DNA from: Chrysomallon squamiferum
Lineage: Eukaryota; Animalia; Mollusca
DNA: 64,000 bases
Direction: 5' to 3'
NCBI GenBank assembly: GCA_012295275.1
Contig: CM022666.1
Location: 7,006,001-7,070,000 of the forward strand
The translations under genes and the position numbers were made by a program. This document shows, in pieces, positions 14,792 to 28,642 of the stretch (positions are counted from its first letter, which is position 1; every line of letters starts with the position of its first letter). The notes below the pieces were generated by a model. The model had not been told where the DNA came from. It made no database searches and worked only from the letters and a program-made list of their open reading frames with translations.

Positions 14792-16740
14792 TACTCGTCT
14801 CTTAAAAGTAATTACAACATCATCATCATCACCACCATCATCTCTAACAACAACAATGAAAAAGCAAAACAACTCATTATCCATTCTTGCTTCGACGAAG
14901 GAAACTACGTCGTCCTAAAGTCAATTAGTTTCTGAAAACTGCTGGGTTATCCCTGCTTCAGCATCGTCATCTGTTTGTGAGGGCTGTTGAGGAAGACTGA
15001 TAACTGCAGCTACGTAACGCCTGCAGCTTTGAGAAGGAAATCAAGACCAATATTGGAAACACTTCTTGTGATTGTCCAAAGTCAAAATTGTTATTTAATA
15101 CACTGGTGATGTTACACAAAATATACTACAGCGTAACAGAGAGTAACATCACTTGTTGCTTGTCTTATGTTACTAAGAAAAGCTAATAAATAATGGATAG
15201 TTACCACGTTCCTTGTAACAATTACTATTATCACTATCACCACATAATAATGACTATCACTTTAAATGTTATTACTATAATTTTTTGTTATTACAATTAA
15301 TAGCACTACTACTAATACTACCACTATAAGAACTACTGTAACTGCTAGTGTTATTACTATTACCACTGCTGTCATCATCATAGTTACTACTACTACTACC
15401 ATTACTATCACTACCACTACTACTACTTATACTAATGCTACAAATTTTTCTGTTAGTTTTACAATTAAAGCTGTAACTACTATAGATAAAGCTGTACAAA
15501 CTATCAGATCTACTACTACATCAACAGCTATACTACCACTAATGCTATAACTTCATTTTTAACAACTAATAATACACAAAGACTATTTTACTACTAAAAC
15601 CTGTTACTACAACATCAGTGCAGTTCCCAAATACACTTTCACTACCAGAACTACTACAACCACAACTACCACACAACATCGCCTCTGAGACTTTCATTCG
15701 AACACATCCTTGCTAATGAAAATGATCAGTAAAAGTGAAAGAAAAGCCATTGCACATAAACTGACAGAAAAATATAAATTAGGCAGCATTAACAAGACTG
15801 TTAGTGTTAAATGAAACACACACACTCACTCAGTCAGTCAGACAGACAGACAGACAGACAAAGAAAAATTATTCATTTGTTGACAAGGCAGAAAATCAGA
15901 GACTGTATACAAAGTGTAATAAACCCAGTAATGAAATGTAACAGACAGACCAAAAAAAAAAAAAAAAAAACAATAAAAAATAAAGTAAAAAATATTAATC
16001 AGGAGAAAAACAATAATAAAATTTTGAATTATTCAGTAATAAAATGGATAAAGGACAGAAAGACAGACGAATTCACATATTAATCATAATAGTCAAATTT
16101 TGTAAATATTCATATTTGTTGTGTCATAAGCTTCATTTTCAGACCTCTGTCATCTCCTAAGCTTGCTAGTTTGTAAAGATATGTAACTTAATACTGGTAG
16201 TCATGGAAAATTCAGAGCAAATCTGCGTCATTTCTTCAAATATGGGTTTAGAAAATTATTAATCTTTGGCATTTTAAATTCATTAATTTTTATTTCATTT
16301 TATTGTTATTATTTATTTTTATTGTATAGATTTTTTTTTTTTTTTTTTACATTTCTCTTGATTCTTTAGACAAGTTGTTGTATTTGGCCTCCGCTATCTA
16401 AATCTCAGAATCAAAGTATTGTAATTGCATGATAATCTTTCGGCAGTAGTTATTACAACTAATCCCTGATTTGACGGGTTGGATAAGTACCTTAGAATGT
16501 CCTAAAACTAATACAGACAGACAAACAGATGGTCGAGTATACCACTGAAAACAAAAGTAATTGTAATTTAAATAATCTTCAGACAAACTAATCGATATAC
16601 TTGTAGACATCTACATCCATAAAACCATTTCAGATTTAAATACAACCTTTGATAAAACAAAATAATGATGGTGGTCAAACCAGAATACTGTAATTAAAGG
16701 TAAAATTAAATTATACAGAATTTCATATCATTTAAAAATC

Positions 16741-16821
16741 AATAATAATAAATTAATTAATTAATAAACAAATAAACAAATAAATAAACAAATACAATAA
16801 TAAAATATAACAGTAATAATA

Positions 16822-16864
<43 letters not shown>

Positions 16865-16901
16865 TAATAATAATAACAGTAATAATAATAATAATAACAA
16901 C

Positions 16902-16932
<31 letters not shown>

Positions 16933-16943
16933 ACAACAGTAGT

Positions 16944-16977
<34 letters not shown>

Positions 16978-17090
16978 GTAATAATAATAATAATAATAAT
17001 AACAGTAATAATAACAGTAATAATATTAATAATAATAATAATAATAACAGTAGTAATAATAATAACAACAACAGTAATAATAATAATAAA
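16741..17090. repeat. (AAT)n array with periodic aacagt interruptions
   Basis: Direct observation. Source of the poly-Leu/poly-Ile ORFs. Confidence 0.95.
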
Positions 17091-18760
17091 TTCCACTGAT
17101 ACTGGTACATACACACTAAATGCCAACATCTGACAGAGACCAGTTTAACCTGTCTACAATCTGTAATAATTCACAACACAGACGGCAATGACAGACGCAC
17201 AGACAAACTGTTGCAATCACTGACAAGCTGGATGATTAGTAGTACAAAGGATAAGAAGAAATGAGAATTAGGTCTGTTAATACAGGACATTTGCTGTATG
17301 TCGCAGACAGTTTTTCTCAAATTGCTGGCAATTATTGCACAAAATTAGGTCCATTCATGTAGCACTTTCAGAACTGGACTGTAGTCATCAACAAGAATCA
17401 CTGCAGAATTGAGTAGAGCTTGTAGAGGAATATGTAGAAGAATATTTTTGTGAAATGTAAAACAGAACTTGTAATTGTTAAAAAAGGTAGGGAACATGTT
17501 ACAACTTTCAGAAACGACGAATTTTGTTAGAACTGTTGTGTAATCAAAATTCTCAGTACCATTAAAACAATCAGAATAGTGAGAACAACTGAAAACCAAT
17601 TTAACTGTTAAATTACTGAAACCAGCGAAAAACAATGTGTTTGTTAGTAACCACTGGTACTGTAAAAAGCCAAAGATTTGAACTGTTGTACCATCAAAAT
17701 TGCTAGAAGCACTTTAACTCTCTCCCTGTCTTTAAATGTATGTATACGTCTATTTATTTTTCTCTCGGGTTATCTGTTACTTTCTGATACATTCTCTCTC
17801 TCTCTGTGTGTCACTCACACTTTCTTTCTCTCACCCAAACATTCTTTTACATTCTCTCTTTCTGTCTCTTCCTCTCTCTCCCTCTAAGATTACACAGGTA
17901 GATTCAGTGAATCTCAACATATCTAAAAATACTGTAATTACGCTGAATCACCTTTCCTGTAATTACTTCATCGCTGTATTAAAACACACATCTCAGAAAG
18001 CTATATATATATATATATATATAAGAAACTCACTGGCCAATTTTCTGTCACAGAAATCAATAACCACACCTGTAGTTATGTATTCTGATACTGATTTGTT
18101 TACTTTTAGTGTCCTTTTAATGAAATTATTTTCTTTCGTGAACTTTTTGTCACAAATAGATCTCATCTGACTGACATTCTTAAACATTTATTTACTTTTT
18201 ACATATTCTTATCAGCCATTTCTTCATCACAAATTTAGTTTTAATATATTACCAGGATCATGAACCCCTGTCAGTATAAACTTCTGTTTTATTTCTTTCC
18301 TTTTTTCTTTTCTTTCTTTTTTTTAACAGGATTCTACATTTTACAATATTAAATATAATTAAAACAGTGATGATAAACTTGCTTCAGAAGTTTAGTGTGT
18401 TAAATTTGAGAAGATAAAACCAGGTTTTAAGATAATTCCTGTCAATTATTAAATATTTATAACATGAACTTATGTAACCCTGACTAGTAATATATGGTTG
18501 TTGTGTCTAAATGTGCTGCTTACAGATAAACAAATAAATAAAAAATCCAAAATTTAAAAAAAAAAAAATTTGACTTAGTTAAATTTGTAAACTTACAGAT
18601 AAAGAAAAAACAAGTTTTCTTCTTTTTAGGTTTTCATTATTTTAAAATTGATTTTCTTTTTCTCTTTTTCTCCAACTCTTCTTAGTGTTGTTTTATTTTT
18701 TATATATTTTTTTCGGGGTGGGGTCATTCTTCATCTACTTTCTCTTTTTCTCATATTTTG

Positions 18761-18819
<59 letters not shown>

Positions 18820-19587
18820 ATGCAGTAGATATATATTTACAAAAGAGTATGTAAATAAATAATATTTTTATCAATATTGTTTTGTTTTTTTTTTTTATTT
18901 TTACTATCTTCAAGTGAATTCAAAGTTGATACTGTTTCATAATTCAGGTTACATGTGTGTATAATATTTGTCAACTATTTTAGTAACAACATCATGACAC
19001 CACACAGCAAGCCAATTTCTGTATAAATTATCTATTACAGCAACTATCATTGTCAAAACATAAAATCATTTTTATTACTGTGTCACACCAATAAATCTTT
19101 ATCAAAATATGAAACCACTTTTATTGTAATTTATTTATTTTAGCAATAATTGTAATAAAAACACAATAATCACTATTATCACCAACATCGTAACTATCTG
19201 TTTCAGCAATAATCTTTATCAAAATGTAAATTCACTTTTATTATCAACAGTGTAATCATAACTGTAATTTTAGACTGTACATCAGGCTGCTGCAACTCTA
19301 AATTACCTGCTGAAACTAAATGTTTTTCTTTTTTCTTTTTTTTTTTTGTCTCAACCATTGATCATGTGAACCTAGTGACACTAGGATTACATATGAACAT
19401 CTACAAATCTAAATATAACTTGAATCAGCTTAAGAATTAATTAAGTTTTTTTTTTTTTTGTTGTTTTTTTTTTTTTTTTTTTTTTTTAAAGCTGATATAT
19501 GGTTAGGGTTCTGTGAACTACTTTTTCTAAGTCTGGTCTTAAGCTATTTGTGTTCATTTTAATTAAATACTGGAACAAAATTAATAG

Positions 19588-19630
<43 letters not shown>

Positions 19631-20904
19631 AATGAAAAAAAAGAAACAAGAAATAAAGAAAAAAAGGAAACAAGAAATAAAGAAAAAAATAAAACAAATC
19701 TGAAAGTGAAATGATTTTCCCCATCTCATTTATTGATCAAAGATTTTATCTCTGTGACCAGCAAAACAGCTTGTCGTGTTTTTTTATTTTTATTACAAGC
19801 TTCAACGCCAAGGTAAAACGTGCGACCTACTTTCTTCGCAATTATTACTGTTTCTTTTTCTCAATTCATTTGTGGTGAGCACCAAGGTAAAATGTCTGAC
19901 CTATTTAATCATGCAATGTTTATTTTCTTTGTAAATTAGCTTACAAAATAAACAATGAATTTGCACACACAGAGATTAATACATGACCTATTTTTTTTTT
20001 TTTTTTTTTTTTTTTTTGGATAATTATCTTCCTTTCCTTTTTAATTAATTTCCTAATACTAAGTCAAATTTCTGTGCAACTAATGAAAACGGGATTTATC
20101 TGCTGAGAAAGCAAAAGTTTATGGATGGAAACAAAAATGTCAATGAAATCTAATGAAAAAAAACCTGCTAGGATTCATGAGAAGTAAAAAAGACTTCTTA
20201 TTCTGTCTGGTGTGGTAAAGATTCACAAGTCTGTTGAGATATGTTAATTAAAAAACGAAACCTGCTGATATAGAAATAATAAAAACTTGAGTAATTCCTT
20301 CTTCGTATGTTAGAAAGATTGTCTGAGGTGAAACACCTTTAACAAACAGCTTGCTTTGTAGAATAAAGCAGCAGTGGCAGTCCTCCTAGTATATATGTTA
20401 ATGGTGGGGAAATGTCACATGCAGTGTTTACATAGTGGCAGTCCTCTTGATTGCGACTTCTTTTTAAAGTTATATTTCCTTAGTATGTAGTCAGATCTCT
20501 CTGTGATAGCCATGCTTTAGACAAAACAGAAATAACTGTGCTTGTCATCCAGAGTAAAAAATAAAATAAAATAAAACCTATTGGTTGTCATAAAGAATTA
20601 AAATATTAAATCCCAATGCAGTTGTAATAAACAGGTTGTTGTAATACCGAGTCAGAGTCTCACCGACTGACATAAAATGTTATAAAACTCCACTGTGGAG
20701 GAGAGAAGTTATTGATATTTGTCACAGACACATAAAAGCATGTACATGTTAAAAACGAAATGCAACATGCACCATTAAATCGGATCACTTTCCAGATTAG
20801 TTTCATCATTGTTCATGCAGACATGCTGATGAAATATATAGCTTTTATTGTCTTCTTGATGGCCAGTCTTATAGGGCAATCTTTATACACAAGTTGATGA
20901 AATA

Positions 20905-21285
20905 TAGCATAGCGGCAGTCCTCGTGAGTTACATTGTAACATAGCATGGTGGCAGAGCTCATGACACAACCTGTAACAGTACGGTGGCAGTCCTCATGAC
21001 ACAAGCTGTAACAATACGGTGGCAGTCCTCATGACACAACCTGTAACAGTATGGTGGCAGTCCTCATGAGTTAAACTGTAACATAGCATCATGGCAGTCC
21101 TCATGACGCAATATGTAACAGTACGGTGGCAGTCCTCATGACACAACCTGTAACAGTACGGTGGCAGTCCTCATGATGCAAAGTGTAACAGTACGGTGGC
21201 AGTCCTCATGAGTTAAACTGTAACATAGCATCATGGCAGTCCTCATGACGCAATATGTAACAGTACGGTGGCAGTCCTCATGACA
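20905..21285. repeat. Minisatellite, 11 units of 35/37 bp with a 142-bp higher-order repeat
   Basis: Core ggcagtcctc (one variant ggcagagctc) at 20914, 20951, 20986, 21021, 21056, 21093, 21128, 21163, 21198, 21235, 21270. Spacings are 37,35,35,35,37,35,35,35,37,35. Confidence 0.95.
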
Positions 21286-21864
21286 GCATACCTCTTTCTT
21301 AGCTAACGTCTTTCTTACATAATGAATATGGCAATGTTGATGGCAATGAAATATAATATTAATAACAGTGACAGATTTCTTTCTAGGCTGATACCTTTCT
21401 TGTATAACACGTTTGGGAAGAAATATATCATTATTTGTGTCCTTGATGGGAAAAAGCTCTTTCTGTGGTAATTCCTCATTTAAGTGCATGTGTCGAGATA
21501 AAATGTTATATTAACATAATCTGCAGTGGAAAATATCTTTCTAGGGTAATTTCTTCCTAATGTTCAGATGAAATGTATGATAGAGGATAGTGGCATATCT
21601 CCCTGTTAGATAATTTCTGTCTCGTGTAAGATAAGGGGGAATGAAATGTAACTTAGTATCATTTGTAGTGCAAAGTTTTCTTGATGGCAAAATGTACACA
21701 CAGACACACACACACACACACACAAAACACACTAATGAGAAGGAAATAAATAACATACTAATCTATAATCAAGTAAATTGAAATCTTCTTGATGGTAAAC
21801 CACTTCCTTGAAAAAAAAAAAAAAAAAAAAGAATTTCTGAAATGACTTCAACTGAACAAAAATA

Positions 21865-21899
<35 letters not shown>

Positions 21900-23845
21900 A
21901 TATAATAAACAATTGTTTTGTGACACGACTAAAGGGCACCAATAAAAAAAAATGTATCGTTAACCAAATCCTGGATGCTAGACATTGGCTAATGCTGTGA
22001 TTAAGACATCAGAAGAAATTCTCGACAATTTCCTTGATCAGCAGGGAATCTATAGCATGTGTCTTCATGCAGACAGGAAAACAAATACCACAGCCTTTGA
22101 CAAAAGAGGAAACAGCCCTGTGGGTGTACTGAGAATTGATCCAGCAATCTCTCCAGCCTCGGGCTGCTTCTCTAACTACTGTTTGTGTCCATGATCGTTA
22201 ATAATAAGTAGAAGATAAAGAAGAGAAAGAAAGAAAAAAAAAAAAAGGAAAAAAATCTGACGGCAATGTACAAAGATAGGAAGGGTAATTGAAAGAGTGA
22301 AGGATATAAAGAATAGTGTGAGAGAGAGAGAGAGGGAAGACAGAGAGAAAGAGAGGGAAGACAGACAGAAAGAGGAGAGTGAAGAGGAGAGGGGAGAGAT
22401 TGACAGAACACATAGAAAGAGAAGGAGAGATATACAAAAATGAAGCACATGGAACCATGCACTGAGATAAACAGAGATAGCAGATAAAGAATTAGTGACA
22501 AGGCAAAAGAAAAAAAAAAAAAAAAAAAAAAAATAAGTCACCGAGATAAAGATGAATGATTCTGACACAGATGATCAAACCATTAGCCAAAACTATTTTT
22601 ATTTAATACACTACTGTCCCAATTTCCACACAGACAAAGGTAAATAGCTTAAAGATTTTAAAAAATAAAAAAAAAAAAAAAAAAAAAAAAAAAGTTATTT
22701 TCCCTTTTTCTGTTGGACACATTCAAGTGGTGGTTGGATGTTATTCTGAGCTGTATCTTGTTATCAGTGGAGATTTGTCCACACAGACACTGACACAGAC
22801 AATGAGAAAGGATTATTCTTAATGTTACAACACGTCTTGCTGCTGTTGGCAGTTAAAAATATTCCTCTTAATACCCTTCATCTGGACAGCTTCTTCCTGG
22901 AATGTCTCTTAACACTGTCTCAGCTCAGGGTTAGTGATATCAGATTCCAATGGACAGGAGGAATAGGAATAATAATAATCAGAAGAAGAAGAAGAATACA
23001 TAAAATAAATATAATAGTTACTAGTTGTAGTTGTAGTAATAATATTCAACAGATCCATCAGGAATAATAATACAGGTTATTGTAATGATAATTGAACAAA
23101 ACCCATCAAAATACAAGTTATGAAATATAAATAAATCAATGTTAAGGAGTTTTATATATTTATGTAATAGAAAAAAGCAAGAACAAAACAAAGAAAAATA
23201 TTCAAGTTCTAAAGTAAAGATAAAAGCTTGCAAAAAGTAATTAATTTAGAAAGAAAAAATGCAAAGTAAAATTAAAAAAAAAAAAAAAAACACCTAATTT
23301 CCTTACTCTTATTTCAAATTGTTTCTTTATTAATTCAGTGAATGTTTTCTGAAATATTACCAGGAATAATGATTTAATGAACAGAGGACATTACTTTGGC
23401 TGTCATCCTCTGTATCTGAGAATTAACTATCTAAATTAAGCCAGCATTTTTTATAATTAAAATCACAAAACGCTGGAGAAAAAAACAACTCTGTTTGATC
23501 AGAGAACGGTTCATGATAGATATTTCTGCAATGAATGTAATAATGATGGCAGAAGAAGTTTTTTTGCGGCCTTGTCAATCGCTAATTAATACCTGCAGCA
23601 AAACGCGTTTTTTTATTTTTTTTTCCTTGTTGCCTTCAGGACTGAAAGAGATCAAAAAGTCAGAGTAATTTAAAGTAATGCTGTAGACAAGTATGCAGCA
23701 CTTTGTGTACAATATCATATGCTTTATGCACTTATAGTTGCACTACTTGTAGACAGAAATGTGGACACAAGACAAGCAAAAAAAAAAAAAAAAAAAAGAA
23801 AGTATGGCAGAAAGTTGGAGAAAGTCAAAACTATGTGAATATAGC

Positions 23846-23876
<31 letters not shown>

Positions 23877-26800
23877 ATGGTGTATTTTTTTCGTTGTACA
23901 TCTCTGGAAATATAGACTGTAAAATCAGAGTAGAAGGTTTAATCTTTACTGTGTCACATAAAATATATGGTTCGTTTAGGTTTATACTGACAGCTTTCTC
24001 GAAGGCTTACCAGACTTTTATGCTGTGAAGTGGCAGTGTTTAATCAAATCATGCTTTTAACAACTTAAAAAAATCACCTAAAAAAAACCTAAAAAAACCA
24101 CTAAAAAAAAAACCTAACATTTTTGCACTGTGACTGTCCTATTCAACTTAACCATCAGATCAAGAGTAGTAATCTGGAACTTTTAAATTTTGTATTAGTG
24201 TAATCTAATAGAAAATAATAAAAAGCATGAATATTATCTAGAATTTTTTAATGTGAATTTTTATTTTTAAATCTTAGTCAATCTGAAACTTAATTTTGAA
24301 AAAAAAAAAAAAGGAGAAACCCCCACCCCAAAACTGCAATCTTTTAGATGAAGTGAGCAAAATGATAACAAAATTTGTGGTCCATATTTCTTTTTTATTT
24401 AGCCAGTGCATGATCATATAGTGAGGACGATAAAATGTACACTAATGGAAAAATACTATTCAGTATGGCTGCTGATTAATATATCGTGATATCACATATC
24501 TGTATTTTACCTTTAAGCTAAAAGCATTAAGAAATAATTCCAAAACATTAGAGTAATTTTTTATTTTATTTTATTTTTTTTTTTGTTATCTTTTTTGGTT
24601 TTGCTCCCACTTACACTGATAATCAGGTTACAAAAAAATATATATATATACACCCACACCCACACACCCACACATACATACACCCACCCCTACTTATTAC
24701 ATAATAGTCCTTGTCAAGCAGAAGAAAGAAGAGTGTAAGAACACTGTTTTCTAAAAGTATTGTACACAGCTCTGGCAGTGTTGACTGTGTTCAGTGGGAA
24801 TGCTGGTCTCTGCTGGGAATAGTGATAGCGAGATGACCATTATGTGCAGCTAAAAGGTCTTGTAAGATGAACACTGTATATATAAAACAGGTGTAAAAGA
24901 TACATACACAGAGAGAGAGAGAGAGGAAGAGAGGAGAGAGAGAGAGAGAGAGGAGAGAGAGATGAGAGAGAGAAAGAGAGAGAGAGAGAGGGGAAAAATG
25001 AAACATAAAGAGAGAGAGAGGGAGGGAGGGATAAAGAGAGAGAGAGGGAGGGAGATGGAGAGAGAGAAAAAGAGACAGAGACAGAAAGAGAAAGAGAAAG
25101 AGAGCAGGAGAGAAATATCTTTTGTCAATTACCTATGAAAATAATATCCATTAGAATTCAGTAAATGTTTAGTAATCTTGTCATTTAAAAATTATTTAAA
25201 GAAAAAAAACAGAACAGAGACAGATAACAAAAGAAACAAAGAAAAAGGCAGAGAGATATTTATTTAAACACAACAGATATACTAATTCTATAAATTAAAC
25301 ACACAAACAATTTATGTTATGTACAAAACAGAAGAATAAAAATAATTCAGTATGTAGCAAAATGCACAAGCAAGTAGAATCCAGTTAGTAAAATGAAGAT
25401 TAGAGTGAATGAAATGGAGAAAAAAGTCTCACATTAATTCAATATAACATTATACTAATGCAAGAGAAACAGAAAACATTTCCGACAGTTACAATACATC
25501 ACTGGAACTGTTCAGTCACTTGACAATATTAATTATTAATTGAACGAGTTTTCTAGTCAAGTCAACAACAGAACCATTAAATAGACATTCACTTGTTGTT
25601 GTTTTTTAATACTGGGAGGAATTACAGATTTTCTTATAAAATGTAATTAGAAATTATAAAAAAAAAAAAAAAAAATGTGATAGAAAGATTAATATAGTCA
25701 GACTTTATGTGTGAAACAAAAGTAAGAGTGTGTAAAAGAGATAATAAATAATAGGTTCTAAGTACTTTGGTACAAAAGTAAGAAGATAGATAGGTATGTA
25801 GATAGGTAGATAAACAGATGTTTCTTTAATGTGCATGTGTATATGTGTGTGAGTATGTGTGTATGTGTACGTTATGTATTTATGTTTATGTATGTATTTA
25901 TGCAAGAAAGTAGGTATGAATATGTGTGTGTGTGTGCATGCGTGTAAAAAGGTACTTACTTACATACACATGTACAACTGGATAAATCAACATACGTATA
26001 ATGCTGTATACAAACATCTATTATCAACACACACACCTCATCAACTCTCAGACCTAATCGTACTGCTCAAATAACAAGATTATGGATAACGATGGTCAAG
26101 CTGGACACTGGCCTTGAATGACCACTAGCTGAGAATGTGCTGTGAAAAGCACCCGACTGAGTGAAAGTGGTCGTCCAACCAGTTAACTGCTAATGGATGT
26201 TAACAGGTGATAATTACCGTCCAGCTCGTTAGTTTAATTAGTGATGTCACATGCATGCTACACCCCCTGTATCTGTCAGAATGCAAACCTCTTACACCTA
26301 TCAAAATATCACATACACAGATATGTATGCACATACACAAATAACATATAACATGAGCACACACATACACCACTCAACAAAAAATAATGTATTTTTTATT
26401 AATATAAAATATTAGAGTATTACACTATTTAAGTTTGATGGGTTTTTGTCACATACACACACACACACGCACATGCACACATTTTTTCATTAACCTATTT
26501 TATTTTGACTTTTCCTCTGTACTGCAAATCACAGAGACAAAAGAAAAGCAGTAAATATTAATCTGCTTGTTTATTTAATATACTGAAACATTTCCTTTGT
26601 TCTCACTTCTAATCCAATTATTTTTTACGATGCATAAATACAATCTTTTGTTTTTGATTTTGATTATTTTTAATCTAAATTTTCTTTGTAATTCATAAAC
26701 ACATACACATACTTTGTTGTTTTAATTTTTATATTTTTTTAATTTATTTATTATTATTTCTTTTTAATTATTATTATTATTATTATTATTATTATTTTAT

Positions 26801-27746
26801 TTATTATTATTATTTTCTTTTTTTTTTAACATTTATTTATCTATGTCACATTTGGAACATTTTTTTTAATCATCTTTTCCATTTTCATACATAAATACAC
26901 ATTCATCTTTTATCAAAACAAAAAGTTATTTTATAAACCTTTTTATTACCATCTTCCACTGGTTATTAAAAAAAGTAGAATAAAAATGAATATGACATTT
27001 ATTAATAAAATATTTACTCAGATATTCAAACCAGTGGCAAGAAATATTAATCCACTGATAATAATGTTCAAAAGAACAATACTTGAGAAATGGACACAGA
27101 CACAGACACACACACACACACACACACCCTCACATAAAATGTTGTAGTCCATTTAATGACAATGAAGATTTAGAAAGTTTTAATGTGTATCTGTGTTTTT
27201 ACGGCTAAATGTGTCCACAAGCTTATGTATTTATTCAAAAGATTTACATACTGAAAACAGAATTCTGTGAGTATGAGTTGTGTGTGTGTGTGTGAACTGT
27301 GTGTTTGTGTGTGTGTACTGTGAGAGTGTGTGTGTGTGTGTGTGTGTGTACTGTGTGAGTGTGTGTGTGTGTGTAATTAACTAACAGAGTGAAAGAAAGA
27401 AGCAGAAAAAGAAAACGACAGCGAAAACGTCTGTGTAAATGACTGTGGAAAAACAGAGAAATAAAGAAAACCCAATATGGATTATTTTTATCGACAGCAA
27501 AGATTGTTTTAAATGCAAAACTTCCTACATTGTACAATATTAACCTTTGATAAACCAGAAAAAAACACTGCAGAGTCTAGAACAGGAGAATAAGTGAGAA
27601 AATGCACTGACAACTATTGGAAACTGATTATAAATGATGTCAGGAAGGAGTAATAAAACAAAACAAATCTGTTTTTCTTTTACAGCTCCAGACTTACAGA
27701 CATCTAAACCTTTCCTCTTCTTTGACTTCAATAAAAATGTGGTTGG

Positions 27747-27778
<32 letters not shown>

Positions 27779-28099
27779 ACAGAAGAAAGAAAAAGCTTGA
27801 AATCAATCTGTCTGTACAAATGTGACAATGCAGAGAAAACAAATTAGCAACATAAAACAAATGTGAATTATTTTCTCGTAGGTCGCATTTTGAAGACTTT
27901 CATTTAATTAGTGGCAGTCAGATATGTTTATTTCTTATAAATCATGTCCGCTGCCATGATCTCCTCATTAGAAGAACATATTCTTTTTTTAGTGTCAGCA
28001 GTTTTTATCTATTTACTTCTTAATGACATCTGCTTCCAATACCCTTTTAATAGCCCAACATCTTATGCATCTGCTGTTACTGCTACTGCTATGCCTCAT

Positions 28100-28266
28100 C
28101 ATACTACTACTACTACTACTACTATTATTATTATTATTTTTATTGTTATTATTATTGTTGTTGTTGTTTGTTATTGTTGTTAAATTTTTTTATTATTAAA
28201 CTTACTATCATTATTATTTTTATTGTTGTTGTTTTTATTGTTAAATTTTTTTTATTAAACTTACTA

Positions 28267-28304
<38 letters not shown>

Positions 28305-28465
28305 GCTATTGTTATTGTTGTTAATTTTTTTTATTAAACTTACTATTATTATTATTATTATTATTGCTATTGTTATTGTTGTTAAATTTTTTATTAAACT
28401 TACTATCATTATCATTATTATTATTGTTGTTGTTGCTGTTGTTAAATTCTTTATTAAACTTACTA

Positions 28466-28512
<47 letters not shown>

Positions 28513-28630
28513 GCTATTGTTATTATTGTTAAATTCTTTATTAAACTTACTATCATTATTATTATTGTTGTTGCTGTTGTTACTGTCGTTAACTTCTATA
28601 TTAAACTTACTACTATTATTATTATTATTG
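28100..28630. repeat. Compound tandem array (ttaaacttact + (ATT)n + gttgttaaattt), 7 units, directly upstream of the receptor splice acceptor
   Basis: ttaaacttact at 28196, 28255, 28334, 28394, 28454, 28541 and 28601. Confidence 0.9.
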
Positions 28631-28642
28631 CTGTAATTGCAG

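Noticed and set aside
16757-17133. Poly-Leu/poly-Ile membrane-protein-like ORFs, and similar ER/SL/CV/HT dipeptide ORFs throughout
   Set aside because: Microsatellite translation artefacts.
20905-21285. CRISPR-like array
   Set aside because: The sequences between cores are themselves repeats rather than unique spacers, the context is eukaryotic, and there are no cas genes.
21985-22194. 69-aa non-repetitive ORF as the missing receptor 5' exon
   Set aside because: It has no transmembrane segments or TM1/TM2 motifs and starts at TTG.
28168-28642. N-terminal 158 codons of the 839-aa ORF as the receptor's TM1-TM2
   Set aside because: It is poly-Ile/Leu read-through of an (ATT)n array with no GN or LAxAD motifs, and a clear acceptor lies at 28641-28642.
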